Part shown: in pieces, positions 36,130 to 50,687 of the stretch
Layout of the letters: every line of letters begins with the position of its first letter
Numbering within the stretch: the stretch's first letter is position 1
Source of the DNA: Mobula hypostoma
Taxonomy: Eukaryota
Length of the DNA stretch: 64,000 nt
Reading direction: 5' to 3'
Assembly: GCF_963921235.1 (NCBI RefSeq)
Contig: NC_086109.1
Location: 4,838,001-4,902,000, forward strand
Translations under genes and position numbers: made by a program
Notes under the pieces: generated by a model
What the model saw: only the letters and a program-made list of their open reading frames with translations
Told to the model about the DNA's origin: nothing
Databases searched by the model: none

Positions 36130-36860
36130 GTCAGTGAGTGCACTTTCTGAATGTCAACATCTGGAGATTGGTCACAGAACACATCTTTCACGGTCAGGAT
36201 AACTCAATATGCCTCTACTTTCTGACAAGGCTGAAGGGAACTGGACTTTGCACATCCATCCTCACGTCATTCTACAGATGCACAGCAGAGAGCATCCTGA
36301 CAAACTGCATCACTGATTGGTACGGAAACTGCACTGCGATGGACAGGAATACTCTATAATGGGTAGTCAAAACTGTCCAATGCATCACTGGCACCAGCGT
36401 ACCACCCATCAAGGACATCTATACAGAAAAGGGCAAGCAACATCATGAAGGATCCCACCCACCTTGATCGTGGACTGTCTGTCCCACTCCCATCAGAGAG
36501 GAAGCCATGAAGCTTTCACACCAGGACCACCATACTCAAAAACAGTTACTTTCCCCAAGTAGTAAGACCGATCACCACCTCCACCCACTAACCCATCCCT
36601 CCACACCCCCAACCGTCACTACTTCATAATTCCTGTCAGAATCACCTCATGTTCAGTCACTCCTGTGACTCCGGTGCCTGGCATCACTTTATGAACATAC
36701 AATCAAGTATATAAGCTATCTTATGTATTTATATTTACTGTGTTTTTAATTATTGTGTTTTTTTATCTCGTTGTGCTTTTTTGTGCTGTGTCGGATCCAG
36801 AGTAACAATTATTTCATTCTCCTTTACACTTGTGAACTGGAAATAACATTAAACAATCTT
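36130..36860 (+). mobile_element. Rex1/Babar-type 3' fragment (related pieces at 37470-38090, 46330-46767, 55035-55400)
   Basis: ILTSFYRCTAESILTNCITDWYGNC motif and a shared 3' UTR. Confidence 0.75.
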
Positions 36861-38648
36861 GTATGTTGAGATTGCTGCTGAACACAATCAGCTGCCACCT
36901 TAATGTATGTCTTTGGAATGTGGGAGGAAACCCACGTGGTCACAGAGAGAACGTACAAACTCCTTACAGTCAGGAATTGAAGCAGGGCTGTTGGTTCTGT
37001 AAGAGAGTTCTACTAACTGTTATGCTATGGTGCCATCCCCAAAAAATTAAAGAAACCATAGAAACAGGCCTTCAGCCCATCAACCCATACTGACCATTAA
37101 TCACACATTTACACTAATCTTACATTGCAAAGATCAAGGAATTGAGGGTTATGGGGAAGTAGCGCAGATGAGGAGTTGAGGGTAGCAGAGATCAACTATG
37201 ATTATAATGAATGACAGAGATGGCTTGAGGGGCTACTTTTCTTGAGAATCTGTCCCTTTAGGCCACTGAAGATAAAGGGAGCAATTTAGTATGGTGTCAG
37301 TAAACTGCATTGTGCACACTGGAATAAAAGATGAACGATGCATTGTAGGTGCTAATATTCTATGAACTCATGATAATTTTAGTGCACATTCAGGTCGTTG
37401 CAAATGTAAAATGTGTAACAGCATCTAACTACTTAAGGAAAATATACATAACTGGACAAATTCCAATCAGCAGCAACTTCTATAGGTGTGTAGTGGAGAG
37501 TGTATTGACTGGCTGCACCATGGCCTCCTGTAGAAACACCAATGGCTTTCAACAGAAAGTCCTACAAAAAGTAGTGAATTCGGCCCAGTCTATCACGGTA
37601 AAGTTCCCCCACCCCCGCCACAAAAGCACATCTACATGAAATGCTGTCGTGGGAAAGCAGCATCCATCATCATAGATTCCTATCACCCATATCATGTTCT
37701 TTTCTCGCTGCTGCCATCGGGTAGAAGGTACAAGAGCCTCAGGACTCGCACCTTCAAGTTCAAAAACAGTTACTAGCCCTCAACCATCAGACTTTTGAAT
37801 GAAAGGGGGATATCTACACTCACTTGTCCCATCATTGAAAAGCTCCCACAACCAATGATCTCACTTTAAAGACCCTTTATCTTGTTATTTCATGTTCTCG
37901 TTATTTATTGCTATTTATTTATATTTGCATTTGCACAGTTTGTTGTCTACTGCGCTCTGGTTGACCTTCCATTGATTGTGTTATAGTTACTATTCTATAG
38001 ATTTGCTGCGCATGTCCACAGGAAAATAAATCTCAGGGTTGTATATGGTGACACATATGAAGTTTGATACTAACATTCATTTTGAACTGAGGCCCAGAAA
38101 GCAGGAAACTGGAGGTGTTGGAGCAAAACAATGCACTCAATACCCTGGGGTCAGGGGTCAGGGTGGGTAAGCCAGTGAGTGCACATTTTCTGAATGTCAA
38201 TATCTGCTGGGGCATCTGGAGATTGGGCTGACAGTATCACTGCCACCTTAACCCGGTGAAAACAAGCGTAGGTTCATACACACAAAGGTAGCTGTGAAAC
38301 TCAAGACAGGGAAGAAAAATGCTTCACAAAGGTTTTTTTTACTGCACTGTAGCTATTGAGAGATGGCAGAATGCAATTGGAATCCTTGTGCCTTATCGTT
38401 ACTTCAAGGTATGAGTGAGGAGGACAGTGAAGACCAGCCATGATCACAGTGAATGGTGGGGCAGGCTTGAAGGCCCAAGTGCCCTCCTCCATTTTCTTGT
38501 GGATCTCTCCACATATGCCATTTTGAGAACAAAGGGACAAATTATTTATTTATTTAGTATTGTGATAGAGTGTTATATAGGCCCTTCGAGCTGCGCCACC
38601 CAGCAATTCCCCAATTTAACCCTGGCCTAATCACCAGACAATTTACAA

Positions 38649-39858
38649 CAGGGGTCCCCAACCTTTTTTGCACTGCGGACCGGTTTAATATTGACAATAT
38701 TCTTGCAGACTGGCCGACCTGGGGGGTGGGGGGCGGGGTATGGTTGCCAACGGACAAGAGTAGCAGTCACATACGTTGTGTTTACCCAAAAAAGACTACA
38801 ATGACCATGGAGCCTTGCGCAGGCACCAGTGTGCATGTGTGACTTGCGCATGCACATGCACGTGCAGATTTTTTTTCTGCAAATCGTTTTTGGCGGTTGT
38901 TGGGGGGGGGGCGGGGGTTGATGTTAATCATGACCGGAATATAGGTGATACGTGGCTAATACACTCAATTTCGTTTCTACAAAGGTTTATCTAACAAATT
39001 TAATATTAAACACACAGCACATATTTTCCTCGCATGAATATAGTGATAAGTCAATTATCAGGGGAGGACAGGGGAGCTTGAAGTAAGCGTTGATCGAACT
39101 TCCAGTAGAAGTGGTAAAGGCAGGTTCGATATTGTCATTTAAAGTTAAACTGGACAGCTATATGGACAGGAAAGGAATGGAGGGTAATGGGCTGAGTGCA
39201 GGTCGGTGGGACGAGGTGAGAGTAGCGTTCGGCATGGACTAGAAAGGCAGAGATCGCCTGTTGCTGTGCTGTAATTGTTATATGGTTATAGAAGTCACTT
39301 ATAATCAATAGCATCATAACATTTCAAGTAACGTTTGGATATTAAGCACACAGCGCATATTTTCCTCGTATGAACATATAAAATCATTGCAACACACCAA
39401 TATCGCTGAATCAGTGGGAGCCCTGGGCTGAATACTTGTTTCCCTGCAACAAGACGGTCCTATCGAGGGGTGATGGGAGACAGTGATACTCGAAGGGGGT
39501 TCCTTATGTCCAGTCTATTCCACAACTTAGTTTTCCTTGCATTCATTGCAGAGATATGTTGGAAATGGAAGCAACGTTTTCGGTGCTTCCGTGGCTACCT
39601 CAGGATATTTAGCCTTGACTTTGATCCGGAATGCCGGCAGAGATGTTATGTCAAACATACTTTTCAGCCCACCGTCATTTGCAAGCGTGAGGAGTTGATC
39701 TCCTTCCCGCGCTGACATGGATGACGCGCCGGTAATGACCTCGCGTGCGTAATGGCGTGACAGGGAATGTGGAAAGGTGCAGCTGACTCCTATCGCCAAA
39801 TCATATCGTTTCCTCGCGGCCCGGTAACAGTCTGCGGCCCGGTGGTTGGGGACCGCTG
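38649..39858 (-). mobile_element. Non-autonomous hAT (Buster/Charlie-type) element, copy 2
   Basis: Perfect 8-bp TSD ATTTACAA with central TA; reverse-complement homologue of copy 1; inserted in a V-SINE. Confidence 0.92.
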
Positions 39859-40024
39859 ATTTACAATGACCAATTCACCTACCAACTTCTACATCTTTGG
39901 ACTGTGGGAGGAAACTGGAGCACGAGGTGGAAACCCACATGGTACTAACTCCTTATGGGCAGTGGTGGGAATTGAACCCAAGTCGCTGGTAAAGTGCTGT
40001 GCTTCGGAGTCACAAACGACTTCA

Positions 40025-40279
<255 letters not shown>

Positions 40280-41259
40280 CTAAACACAAACAGACAGATT
40301 ATGATGGACACTCAACATAGAAAAATAAACCTAAACAAAATGTTCTAGAATGGGCGCAGTGTGAAGTAGAACAAGACGGCAATACCTAATAATGGCAGAA
40401 ACATTTGACTCACTTTTCTCAATTAAACTGCCAGACCCTATTATCTACAATTATGCACATGAATATTTTTAACATGCACACATTCCTATTTCAACATTGA
40501 AAGCACATGAACCTGATAATTATCAACACAAAGGTATGCAGTGTGGAAACAGACTCTTCCAGCCCAACTGTTGCATGCCAACCAAGCTAAACTTTTTTTG
40601 CTGTGTGGCGCCATATTCTTCTAATCATTTCCTCAAATACCTTTTAATTATTAGACCTTAAGACAAAGGAGCAGAATTACACCATTTGGCCCATCGAGTC
40701 TTCTCTGCCACTCCATCATGACTCATTAATTATCCTTTGCAACTACATTCTTCCTTCTTCCCGTAACCTTTGATACCCTGACTAATCAAAACCTTATCAA
40801 CCTTGGCTTTAAATATTTTAATTGTACCCACCTTGATCACTTCATCTGGCAGCTTATTCCATGAACTCATCACTCTGATAAGTATTTCCCTTAGTTCTAA
40901 ACACAAGAGATTCTGCAGATGTTGCTAATCTGAAGCAACATACACAAAAAGTGCCAGAGAAACTCAGCAAGACAAGTATCTATGAAGTGTTAAAATATTC
41001 ATGTATATAATTGCAGATAATAGACTCTAGCAGTTTAATGAAGGGTTTTGGGCTGAAATGGTGACTGTTTATTCCCGTCCATAGAAGCTGCCTGACCTGC
41101 CGAGTTCCTCCAACATTTTGTGTACAATGCCCCTTTGTTTCCATTTAAATCCTTCCATTTCACCTTAACCTATGCCCTGTAGGTTTAGCTGTAACTACTC
41201 TATGAAAAAGACTATCTATGCCCTTCATAATTTCATAATTCTATAAGGACACCCCTCAA

Positions 41260-42465
41260 TGTCATAACGGGGGCGCTGATGGCGGACCCAAATGCAAGAC
41301 ACAGACACTGAAGTACTAGGAACAGGACTTGACTTGAGAGCTGGGACAAGAATACAGACTTGGGCTAGGACATTGGCTAGGCAAGCGGGACCAGGACTAG
41401 GAACTGGGAACTAGGAGCTTAGGCTTGGACTCCGAGCCAGAGACTGGACAAGGACCCAGAACCTGGGTCTCGACTCGGGCTCGGACCCCGGAACTAGGCG
41501 AGGACATGACGTGGGTACAGGACTGGACATGGCTTGGGTTCCTCGAGGCTTGGGTTTTTCGTGGCTTGGATTCCTCGAGGCAAGGACATGACGAGGCTTG
41601 GGTTCAGACTCCGAGCCAGAGACTGGACAAGGACCCAGAACCTGGGTCTTGACTTGGGCTCGGACTCCAGAACTAGGCGAAGACATGACGTGGTCTTGGG
41701 AGACAGGAACCTCGGAACACAAAGCCGGAAGCCTTGACTTGGACTTGGGGAGGACAGGAACACAGAGCCTTGGTCTAGAGCACGAGAACACGGAGCTTTG
41801 GACTTGAGAGACAGGAGCATGAAACATGGAACACAGAGCTGGGACCCCTGCTTGGGAACAGGACGTAGTGCCGGAACTCATACACAGAATGCTGAACACA
41901 ATGAGACGGTTCCTCACACTAGGTAGCGGTAAATGGCCGGACCTACCTAGCAAAGGCGTGGACACAGAGACAGTTCCCAACACTAGGTAGCGGCAAACGG
42001 CCAGACCTACTGAGCGAAGGCGTGGACACAAAGACAGTTCCAACTCAACGACAGACAGTTCCTTATCTTGACACGGCAAGGCTCCAGTCTCGCTCCAGTG
42101 GTTGAACTTGACAAGGTTGCAGGCAAGGCTCCAGACATAGATTGCATGCAAGGCTCCAGACACAGGTTGCAGGCAGGGCTTCAGACACAGGTTGCAGGCA
42201 AGGCTTCAGAAGGAAGGGGAAGGGAAGGGAACAGTCCAGCCTCAGGGTGATGGCAAAGACGGCCTAGCTTACCTCACGGAGGCGAGGACGGGATACTGAC
42301 GAGACGAACCAGCAATCACACTCGATCCCAGGGCCACTTATATTCCCAGCCCCAAGATGAGCATCAGGTGCCTATGATTAAGCCCAACTGAAACAAGGGA
42401 CAGCCGGAAGACCTGGAGTCCAGACCGTGAACCAGAACGCGGACTTCACGGACCAGACCATGACA
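41260..42465 (-). mobile_element. Solo LTR of an unrelated family with internal tandem repeats
   Basis: TGTCAT...ATGACA termini; 5-bp TSD CTCAA; TATA-like TATAAG on the minus strand near 42340 gives the orientation. Confidence 0.8.
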
Positions 42466-43097
42466 CTCAATCCTTTCACTCCAGAGAAAACAGTCCATAC
42501 AACTCAAGCCCTCCTTGTACCTCACAGCGACAGTCCTGTAAATTTTGTATGTTAAATGCACTTTGAATCTTTGAAGTCATAACTACCACTCCATGCTTCC
42601 TACCACCAAGCCAACTTTGAATTCACTCTGATTTCTCACCGTTGGATTTGATGTAATTTAGCCTTCTGGGTCAGCTGTAAACACACGTCTACAGTCAAAT
42701 GGAAACATATCATCTTGTAATGTACTAATTATACTCTTGCCATTACAGTCACTGTAGGAATTTAAAGCGGGAGTTAAAATAGCTTAGCGGCACAGCATTC
42801 AAAGAGAAACTGAACTGTATCTGTGTGTTTAAACGAGTCCCCAACATATAATTTCACATAAACTGAAGACTATAACTCTGAGGAACAGACTGGCAAACAA
42901 GCAGAGTGTAATCTGCGTTTTTATTGAAGTTAATTGTAACAGTTCAACCCAATCAGATTCTCATCAACTATAGTAAAGATAGGCAGATATATAAATATTA
43001 TCAAAAACATAAATAGTCTTTATTAAGAATACACACTTGAGGGAGTGCTCTCAAGGTACAAATATATGAAAAAGTTCTCTGATTTTAGTGCATCCAC

Positions 43098-43640
43098 AGA
43101 GAGTGGTCATTTTATTATGTACACCTGCTTGTTAATGCAATGATCAGCCAATTATGTGGCAGCAACTCAATGCATAAAAGCATACAGACATGGTCAAGAG
43201 GTTCAGCTTCTGTTCAAACCAAACATCAAAATGGGAAGAAATGTGATCTAAGCAATTTTGAAGCGGAATGATCGTTGGTGCCAGATGAGGTGATCTGAGT
43301 ACCTTAGAAATTGGCGATCTCCTGGGATTTTCACACACAACAAGTTTACAGAGAATGGTGTGAAAAAGACATCAAATGAATTGGCAGTTCTGTGGGCAAA
43401 ACGCCTTGATAACGAGAGCGGTCAGAGGATATTGGACGGACTGGTTCAAGCTGACAGGAAGGCAACAGCAACTCAAATAACCACACATTACAACAGTATG
43501 TGTAGAAGAGCATCTCTGAACACACATGTTGAACCTTTAGGTGGATTCGCTATAGCAACAGAAAACCACAAACATACTCAGTGGCCACTTTATTAGGTAC
43601 AGGACATTGTGGCGTATCCACTTCAAGGTTCAACATGAAT
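43098..43640 (+). mobile_element. Tc1-like fragment of the same family
   Basis: Homologous to 50688-52478; ORF remnant LVQADRKATATQITTHYN. Confidence 0.75.
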
Positions 43641-44923
43641 ATCTTATGATCATGAGGTATGGGAGCAGAATTGGGCCATTCAGCCCATCGAGTCTGCTTT
43701 GCTATTCAATCATGGCTGATTTCTTTTCTCAACCCCATTCTCCTTCTTCCCCCTCCCCCCTCCCCCCATAACCCTTAAACCCTTGACCAAATCAAGAACT
43801 TATTAATCTCTGCCTTAAGTACACCCAATGACTTGGCCTCCAGAGGCATCTAAATTCCACAGATTCAACCCCCTCCAGCTGAAGAAATTCCTTATTTCAG
43901 TTTTAAAGGGCTGTGCCCTAAGATCCTGGATTCTCTTCTGAATGGAAATACCCTCTCTACATCACCCCATACAGGCCTTTCAGTACTATAGGACCTCTGT
44001 CATTCTTTTAAATCTGATTTCTTCTGCTACCTACTGGCAGGTCCACTGCTGGTCTGTTGAACTGTATGAAAGGCACTCAAGTAGGTAAAGAGAAAACAGA
44101 ACCAGTTTTGCAGGCAAAACCAGGTTCAGCATGTAACATTTCTTAAGAGCAGGGGGAGGGAAAGAAGGGGAAGGAGGAGAGCGAAAGCTGTGATAGAACA
44201 GAAGGCAAAAGAGAGTAAGTGACCAAAGGATTAGCACTAGGCTAAAAGGAACAGAATAGGAACATATCAAAGAACAAAACAGCAAGAGATTCATCAATAC
44301 TTATCAGAAGGAATTATAATGTGAGATGTTATGTTACTTCTATTGAAACATTCCGTGGGTTAACAACAAAAAATCATATTCTGGAAGAATTAAAGAACTT
44401 TTATTTACAGAAATAAACTAACACATCTTAACCCCGCCACATGCTGATACATTCAATACAATGTGTCGCTCCTCAAATTTCTATTGAAAGTCTGACAGAG
44501 GAGTGTAAAGAATTAATTATACAGCAAAATGATTTGGGAGCTGAGGGTTTTTGCAGCATGCAAAGTGTGTGTTTACATTGAACGAACAAACAATACATGA
44601 GATAGAATGAGGGAGTTGCTGTTCCTTGTTGAAGGCATTGGACAGTGAACAAAGAAAAGTTAAAAATCGGCTCTGACATCTTTTGCATGCAAATTGTTCT
44701 GTGAGGTGAGTCGGCAGTCAGGGAAATGATGTATGAATCCTCCCTTTGAAATGCTGAAAGAGATCAGTCAGAGCTCACCTCAACACTGAACTAATTCCAC
44801 AATCTATACACTTACTTTCAAAGACTCTACAACTCATGTTCTCGGTATTTATTTATTTACTTACTTTTTTATGGCAACTTATCTTCTTTTGCATATTAAT
44901 TGCTTGTTAGTCTTTGTATGTAG

Positions 44924-45783
44924 TGTTACGAGAATACACATAAAATTAAGATGTTTGCTGGCCTGGGCTAGCATCAGTGGCATCAGCAATTGGTCTGCCA
45001 CCTGCCCTCAGGGGAAGGAGAGATAAGGAACAATGGAGCAGTGTCTGGAGATGTGTAATGAAGGGACGTGGGAGAGAGAGCTGTCTGGAGCGGCTCCCCC
45101 TTTGAACCCTGAACTGTTTGAAGTGATGGACAGGCGATACCCCAGCAGGGGGATAAAAAGGGACAGGTTCGCTAAGACAGGGACACACGCCACCCGAGGT
45201 AACGAGACCCTGGAAGCGGTGCGCCTCTCACGAGTGGGTGAGAAGTACCAGACAACGACAAGGGTGGAAAGGTACGATCAGCGGGAACCCGGTGTGTGTC
45301 CGCCCTTGCCTGGGTGCCGGGTTCACTGCAGAGGATCGACCGCATCTGGAGGAGGGGTCACAGTTGGTGACCTCAGGTGACATCACCAAGGACCCGCCCA
45401 AAAGTTGCTCGTGAGCATCTCGCCGGTCTGTGAGTGAAGCTGTGCTGAATGATGAGTTGTTCCTGTTCTCTCTGTCTCTCTTCCCGCACGTTGTCCATCG
45501 CCATGGCAACGATTACTGCGAACTGAACTACTAACTGGACTGAACTTTGAGTCATTTTGAAATTTGGTCATTTACCCCTAGACAACGATAGAGCTTGATT
45601 GATGCTGTTATCTTAATTCTGTGCACATGTGCGTTTATCATCGCTGAACTGTTGCATTTATTATCCTTTCGATTACTGTGTTGCTTGTTTCTTTAATAAA
45701 ACTTTCTTAGTTCTAGTACTCCAGACTCCAACTGAGTGATCCATTTTTGCTGGTTTGGCAACCCAGTTACGGGGTACGTAACA
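44924..45783 (+). mobile_element. Solo LTR of the same Gmr1-like family (copy C)
   Basis: Collinear with the LTRs of A and B; TG...CA ends; TSD GTAG on both sides. Confidence 0.95.
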
Positions 45784-47335
45784 GTAGTTATTCATTGCCT
45801 AACATAAATGAATCTAAAGGTAGTACAATACTGTGCAGAAGTCTTAGGCACATAAAAAATTCTGTAAAGCAAAGATGTTTTCAAATATAATTAAAAGTTT
45901 CCAAATATCAAATAATTACTATAAAGAACAGTGAAAACCTAAATCAAATTAATATTTAGTGATATTTATCTTTAAATCAATTCTCTTGGGTACACGGTCA
46001 TGCAGTGTTATAAGAAAAGCAGCGGGTAGGTTATTCCAAACATCTTGGTGAACTTGCCACAGTCCTTCTGCAGAATTTTTGGCTGTCTCGCTTGCTTCTG
46101 TCTTTCCAGGTAATCCCAGACAGCCTCAATGACATTGAGATCTGGGCTCAGTGGAGGCCATACCATCTGAAACCATATAAAAAATCTAGAGTACCTAAGA
46201 CTTTTGTACAGTACTGTATATGGTGATATGTACATACATTGATGATAAATTTACTTTGAACGTTGAGTTGAGAAGATGTGCTTGCTAGTGACATCATGCT
46301 GAAGGTTGTATAATCAGCAGATTTGTTGAAAGGGTAGCAGATACCAACAGAATCAACAAACTCATTCCTAAGGCCAGTGATGTTGTGGGGATGGAACTGG
46401 ACTCTCTGACGGTGATGTCTGAAAAGAGGATGCTGTGCAAGTTGCATGCCATCTTGGTCAATGTCTCCCATCCACTACATAATGTATTGGGTGGGCACAG
46501 GAGTACATTCAGCCAGAGACTCATTCCACCGAGATGCAACACAGAGCGTCATAGGAAGTCATTCCTGCCTGTGGCCATCAAACTTTACAATTCCTCCCTT
46601 GGAGGGTCAGACACCCCGAGCCAATAGGCTGGTCATGGACTTATTTCCTGGCATAATTTACATATTACTATTTAACTATTTATGGTTTTATTACTATTTA
46701 ATTATTTATGGTGCAACTGTAACAAAAACCAATTTCCCCCGGGATCAATAATGTATGACTATGACTAAAAGAAAGGTACTTGGTCAGGACAAGGTGAACT
46801 CTGTCTTGGAAGAAAGTGGGTAGATTTCAGTGATGCTACAGGTGATAGCAAGAGGTCTCTCATTAATGTAGATGACTCCCGGGATAATGTAGATGACTCC
46901 AGTGTAAGTTGGGAGGTCCCTGTCCATTAACAGTGCTGCAGACACTCAGACAGACTGCACTTAATGTTCAGTAATCCATTCCCCTAATGCTAACACACCA
47001 AATACTGGTGAATGTAACAATGATAGGCTGTGTAGGGGTCATGCATCTGTACTCTATCTGCATTGTATTGTGTTGTGCGTTTACTATGTTACCTAATCAC
47101 ATGGGTGGGGAGCTGTGGCAAAAAGTGAAGGGAATAAGTTATGTACTTGTGCTTTGTTCTGGGCAGTTTAGTTTGGTTCTGGCGACTGCTGGGTGTCATG
47201 TCTTTTGTTGTCTGTTTAATTACGTTTAATTGCATCGCTTCAAGATTGTATGTTTTGCTAGTTGTTAATAAAGGATCAAATACATTTCTTCGACTTTGTG
47301 GAACATCATTACTGGAGAGATTAGAGGGAGCATCA

Positions 47336-47548
<213 letters not shown>

Positions 47549-48209
47549 TTACTAATGCCACACTTTACAGCAAGGACAAAATATTTCAAAGAAAATCAAT
47601 GTTAAATTAGAATTTGAAGGCAAAACAGAGAGCAGATCATAGTTATTATACAGCATGTAAAAAGGCTCTTTGGCTACGTTGGCAGTGGAAACATGGCGGC
47701 ACTTGCAGGCTGCCCCCAGCACATCCTCGGACTGTGCTGGTTGTTGATGCGTTTCACTGTATGTTTCAATGTTTTCATGTATATGTGACAAATAAAGCTA
47801 ATCTTTATGTTTATATATACCTCTATCAGGTCACCCCTCAATCTCCTGTGTTCCAGAGAATAAAGTCCTTCCTAGACAAACACAACCTCTCCCTGTAACT
47901 CAGACACCCCAGTGTAGGCAGCATTGTAGTAAATCTTTTCTGCATTCTTCTTGGTGTTATAACATCTTTCTTGTGAAAGGGCAAAGATGGTGGAATAAGG
48001 GAACAAGGAAAACCAAAAGCTAGAAGAATGCAGCGCTCTAAAAGCAGAAGCAGAGTTCAACATTTCCTGCACGAGGACTGCCAGGGAAAAAGACAGGATT
48101 GGGATAGAGGCCAGAAGACCTATCATCCCTTCCCGATCTGGTTCCATCTGTCACCAACCTTCACTTTCAGTGGCTTTTAAAATTAGATGTTGAGCCAGAG
48201 CCAAGCATT

Positions 48210-49925
48210 CAGAGGGACCTAGTCCAACTGGAAAAATGGCAGATGGAATTTAATGCAGATAAGTGTGATGTGTTGCACTTTGGGAGTACCAACTCAGGAG
48301 CACAGTAACACAGAGGGATTTGGGAATACAGTTCAATAATTCATTAAAATTGGTGTCACAGGTAGATAAGGTTGTAAAGAAAGCTTTTGGCACACTGGCC
48401 TTCACAGATTTAAGTATAGAGTACAGGAGTTGGGATGTTATGTCGAAGTTCTATAAGATGTTGGTGAGGCCTAATTTGGAGTCTTGTGTGCAGGTCTGGT
48501 CACCTACCTACGGGAAAGATGTAAATAAGATTGAAAGAAGGCAGAGAAAATTTACAAGGACCTGAGTTGTAATGAAAAATTGAATAGGTTAGTATTTTAT
48601 TCCCTAAAATATAGAAGATTGAGAGCGAGATTTGATAGACGTATACAAAATTACGAGGGGTATAGTTAGGGCAAATGCAAGCAGGCTTTCTCCACTGAGG
48701 TTGGGTGAGACGACAAATAGAGGTCATGGGTTAAGGCTGAAAGGTGAAATGTTTAAGGGCAACATGAAGGGAAACTTCTTCACGCAGAGGGTGGTGAGAG
48801 TGTGCAGTGCAAGTGGAGGACGTGATTTTGATTTTAATGTTTAAGAGAAGTTTGGATAGTTTTTATAAATGACCTGGATGAGGAAGTGGAAGGATGGGTT
48901 AGTAAATTTGCTGATGACACAAAGGTTGGGGGTGTTGTGGATAGTGTGGAGGGCTGTCAGAGGTTACAGTTGGACATTGATATGATGCAAAACTGGGCTG
49001 AGAAGTGGCAGATGGAGTTCAGCTCAGATAAGTGTGAGGTGGTTCATTTTGGTAGGTCAAATATGATGGCAGAATATATTATTAATGGTAAGACTCTTGG
49101 CAGTGTGGAGGATCAGAGGGATCTTGGGGTCCGAGTCCATAGGACACTCAAAGCTGCTGCACAGGCTGACTCTGTGGTTAAGAAGGCATATGGTGTATTG
49201 GTCTTCATCAATCACGGGATTGAGTTTCAGAGCTGAGAGGTAATGTTACAGCTATATAGGACCCTGGTCAGACCCCTCTTGGAGTACTGTGCTCAATTCT
49301 GGTTGCTTCACTACAGGAAGGATGTGGAAACTATAGAAAGGGTACAGAGGAGATCTACAAGGATGTTGCCTGGATTGGGGAGCATGCCTTATGAGAACAG
49401 GTTGAGTGAACTCGGTCTGTTCTCCTTGGAACGACGGAGGATGAGAGGTGACCTGATAGAGTTGTACAAGATGATGAGAGGCATCGATCGTTTGGATAGC
49501 CAGAGGCTTTTTCCCAGGGCTGAAATGACTAGCACGAGAGGGCACAGTTTTAAGGCGCTTGGTACAGAGGAGATGTCAAGGGTAAGTTTTTTTACGCAGA
49601 GAGTGGTGAGTGTGTGGAATGGGCTGCCTGTGACCGTGTTGGAGGCAGATAAGATAGGGTCTTTTAAGAGACTCCTGGATAGGTACATGAAGCTTAGAAA
49701 AATAGAAGGCTATGGGTAACCCTAGGTAATTTCTAAGGTAAGGACATGTTCGGCACAGCATTGTGCTCTAGGTTTTCTATGTATCTATGCCCAGGTATAT
49801 GGATGATAGAGGTATGGAGGAATATGGTCCCGGTGCAGGTCAATGGGAGTAGGCAGTTAAAGTGGTTTGGCACGGACTGGATGGGCCAAAGGACCTGTTT
49901 CTGTGCTGTAGTTTTCCATGATTCT
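48210..49925 (+). mobile_element. CR1 3' fragment with a second, younger CR1 3' fragment (about 48860-49785) inside it
   Basis: KFADDTKVGG, WQMEF, RGDLIE motifs appear in two successive copies; the outer 3' UTR resumes near 49795. Confidence 0.8.
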
Positions 49926-50142
49926 ATAACCAGTGACATATGACATGAAATATAGTGCAAAGACATGAAATTACAGAAGTAAATTGTGGAAGCAAAAGGT
50001 AGCGTTCTTGGACTGTTCAGAAATCTGGTGGCAGAGGGGAAGAAGCTGTTTTGGTGTGGGTCTTTTGGGAGGAGGTACCCAAGCCTGAATACCCACCCTC
50101 AACTGACAGGAGAAAATCGACTTATGAAGTGAAGAGATATCA

Positions 50143-50304
<162 letters not shown>

Positions 50305-50367
50305 CTACAGGAAGAATGAAGGCAAGTTAACGTAGCTACTCACTAAAACCCATCAAGTCAAACATAA

Positions 50368-50506
50368 GCAACGCACATCAAAGTTGCCGGTCTGAAACGT
50401 CGACTGTACCTCTTCCTAGAGATGCTGCCTGACCTGCTGCATTTACCAGCAACCTTGATATGTGTTGCTTGAATTTCCAGCATCTGCAGAATTCCTCGTG
50501 TTTGCG
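50368..50506 (+). mobile_element. 139-bp Penelope pLTR insertion with inverted 5' piece
   Basis: 13-bp TSD AAGTCAAACATAA (50355-50367 and 50507-50519). Confidence 0.85.
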
Positions 50507-50687
50507 AAGTCAAACATAACCTCAGTCGATTCTACCTTTACAGCCTCGTCACTCAAGCTCAGCTTAAAACAGTACGATGCTGTATACGATACTGACTTCT
50601 TCAGTACATCTCAGAAATAAATTGAGGAAACATTTGTACTTCTACAAATACAAATTTATGTAACTGACAACAGAAATCTCTTAAATA

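Noticed and set aside
41411..42163. 250-aa minus-strand ORF
   Set aside because: Lies wholly within the GC-rich, internally repeated solo LTR and has no recognisable domain.
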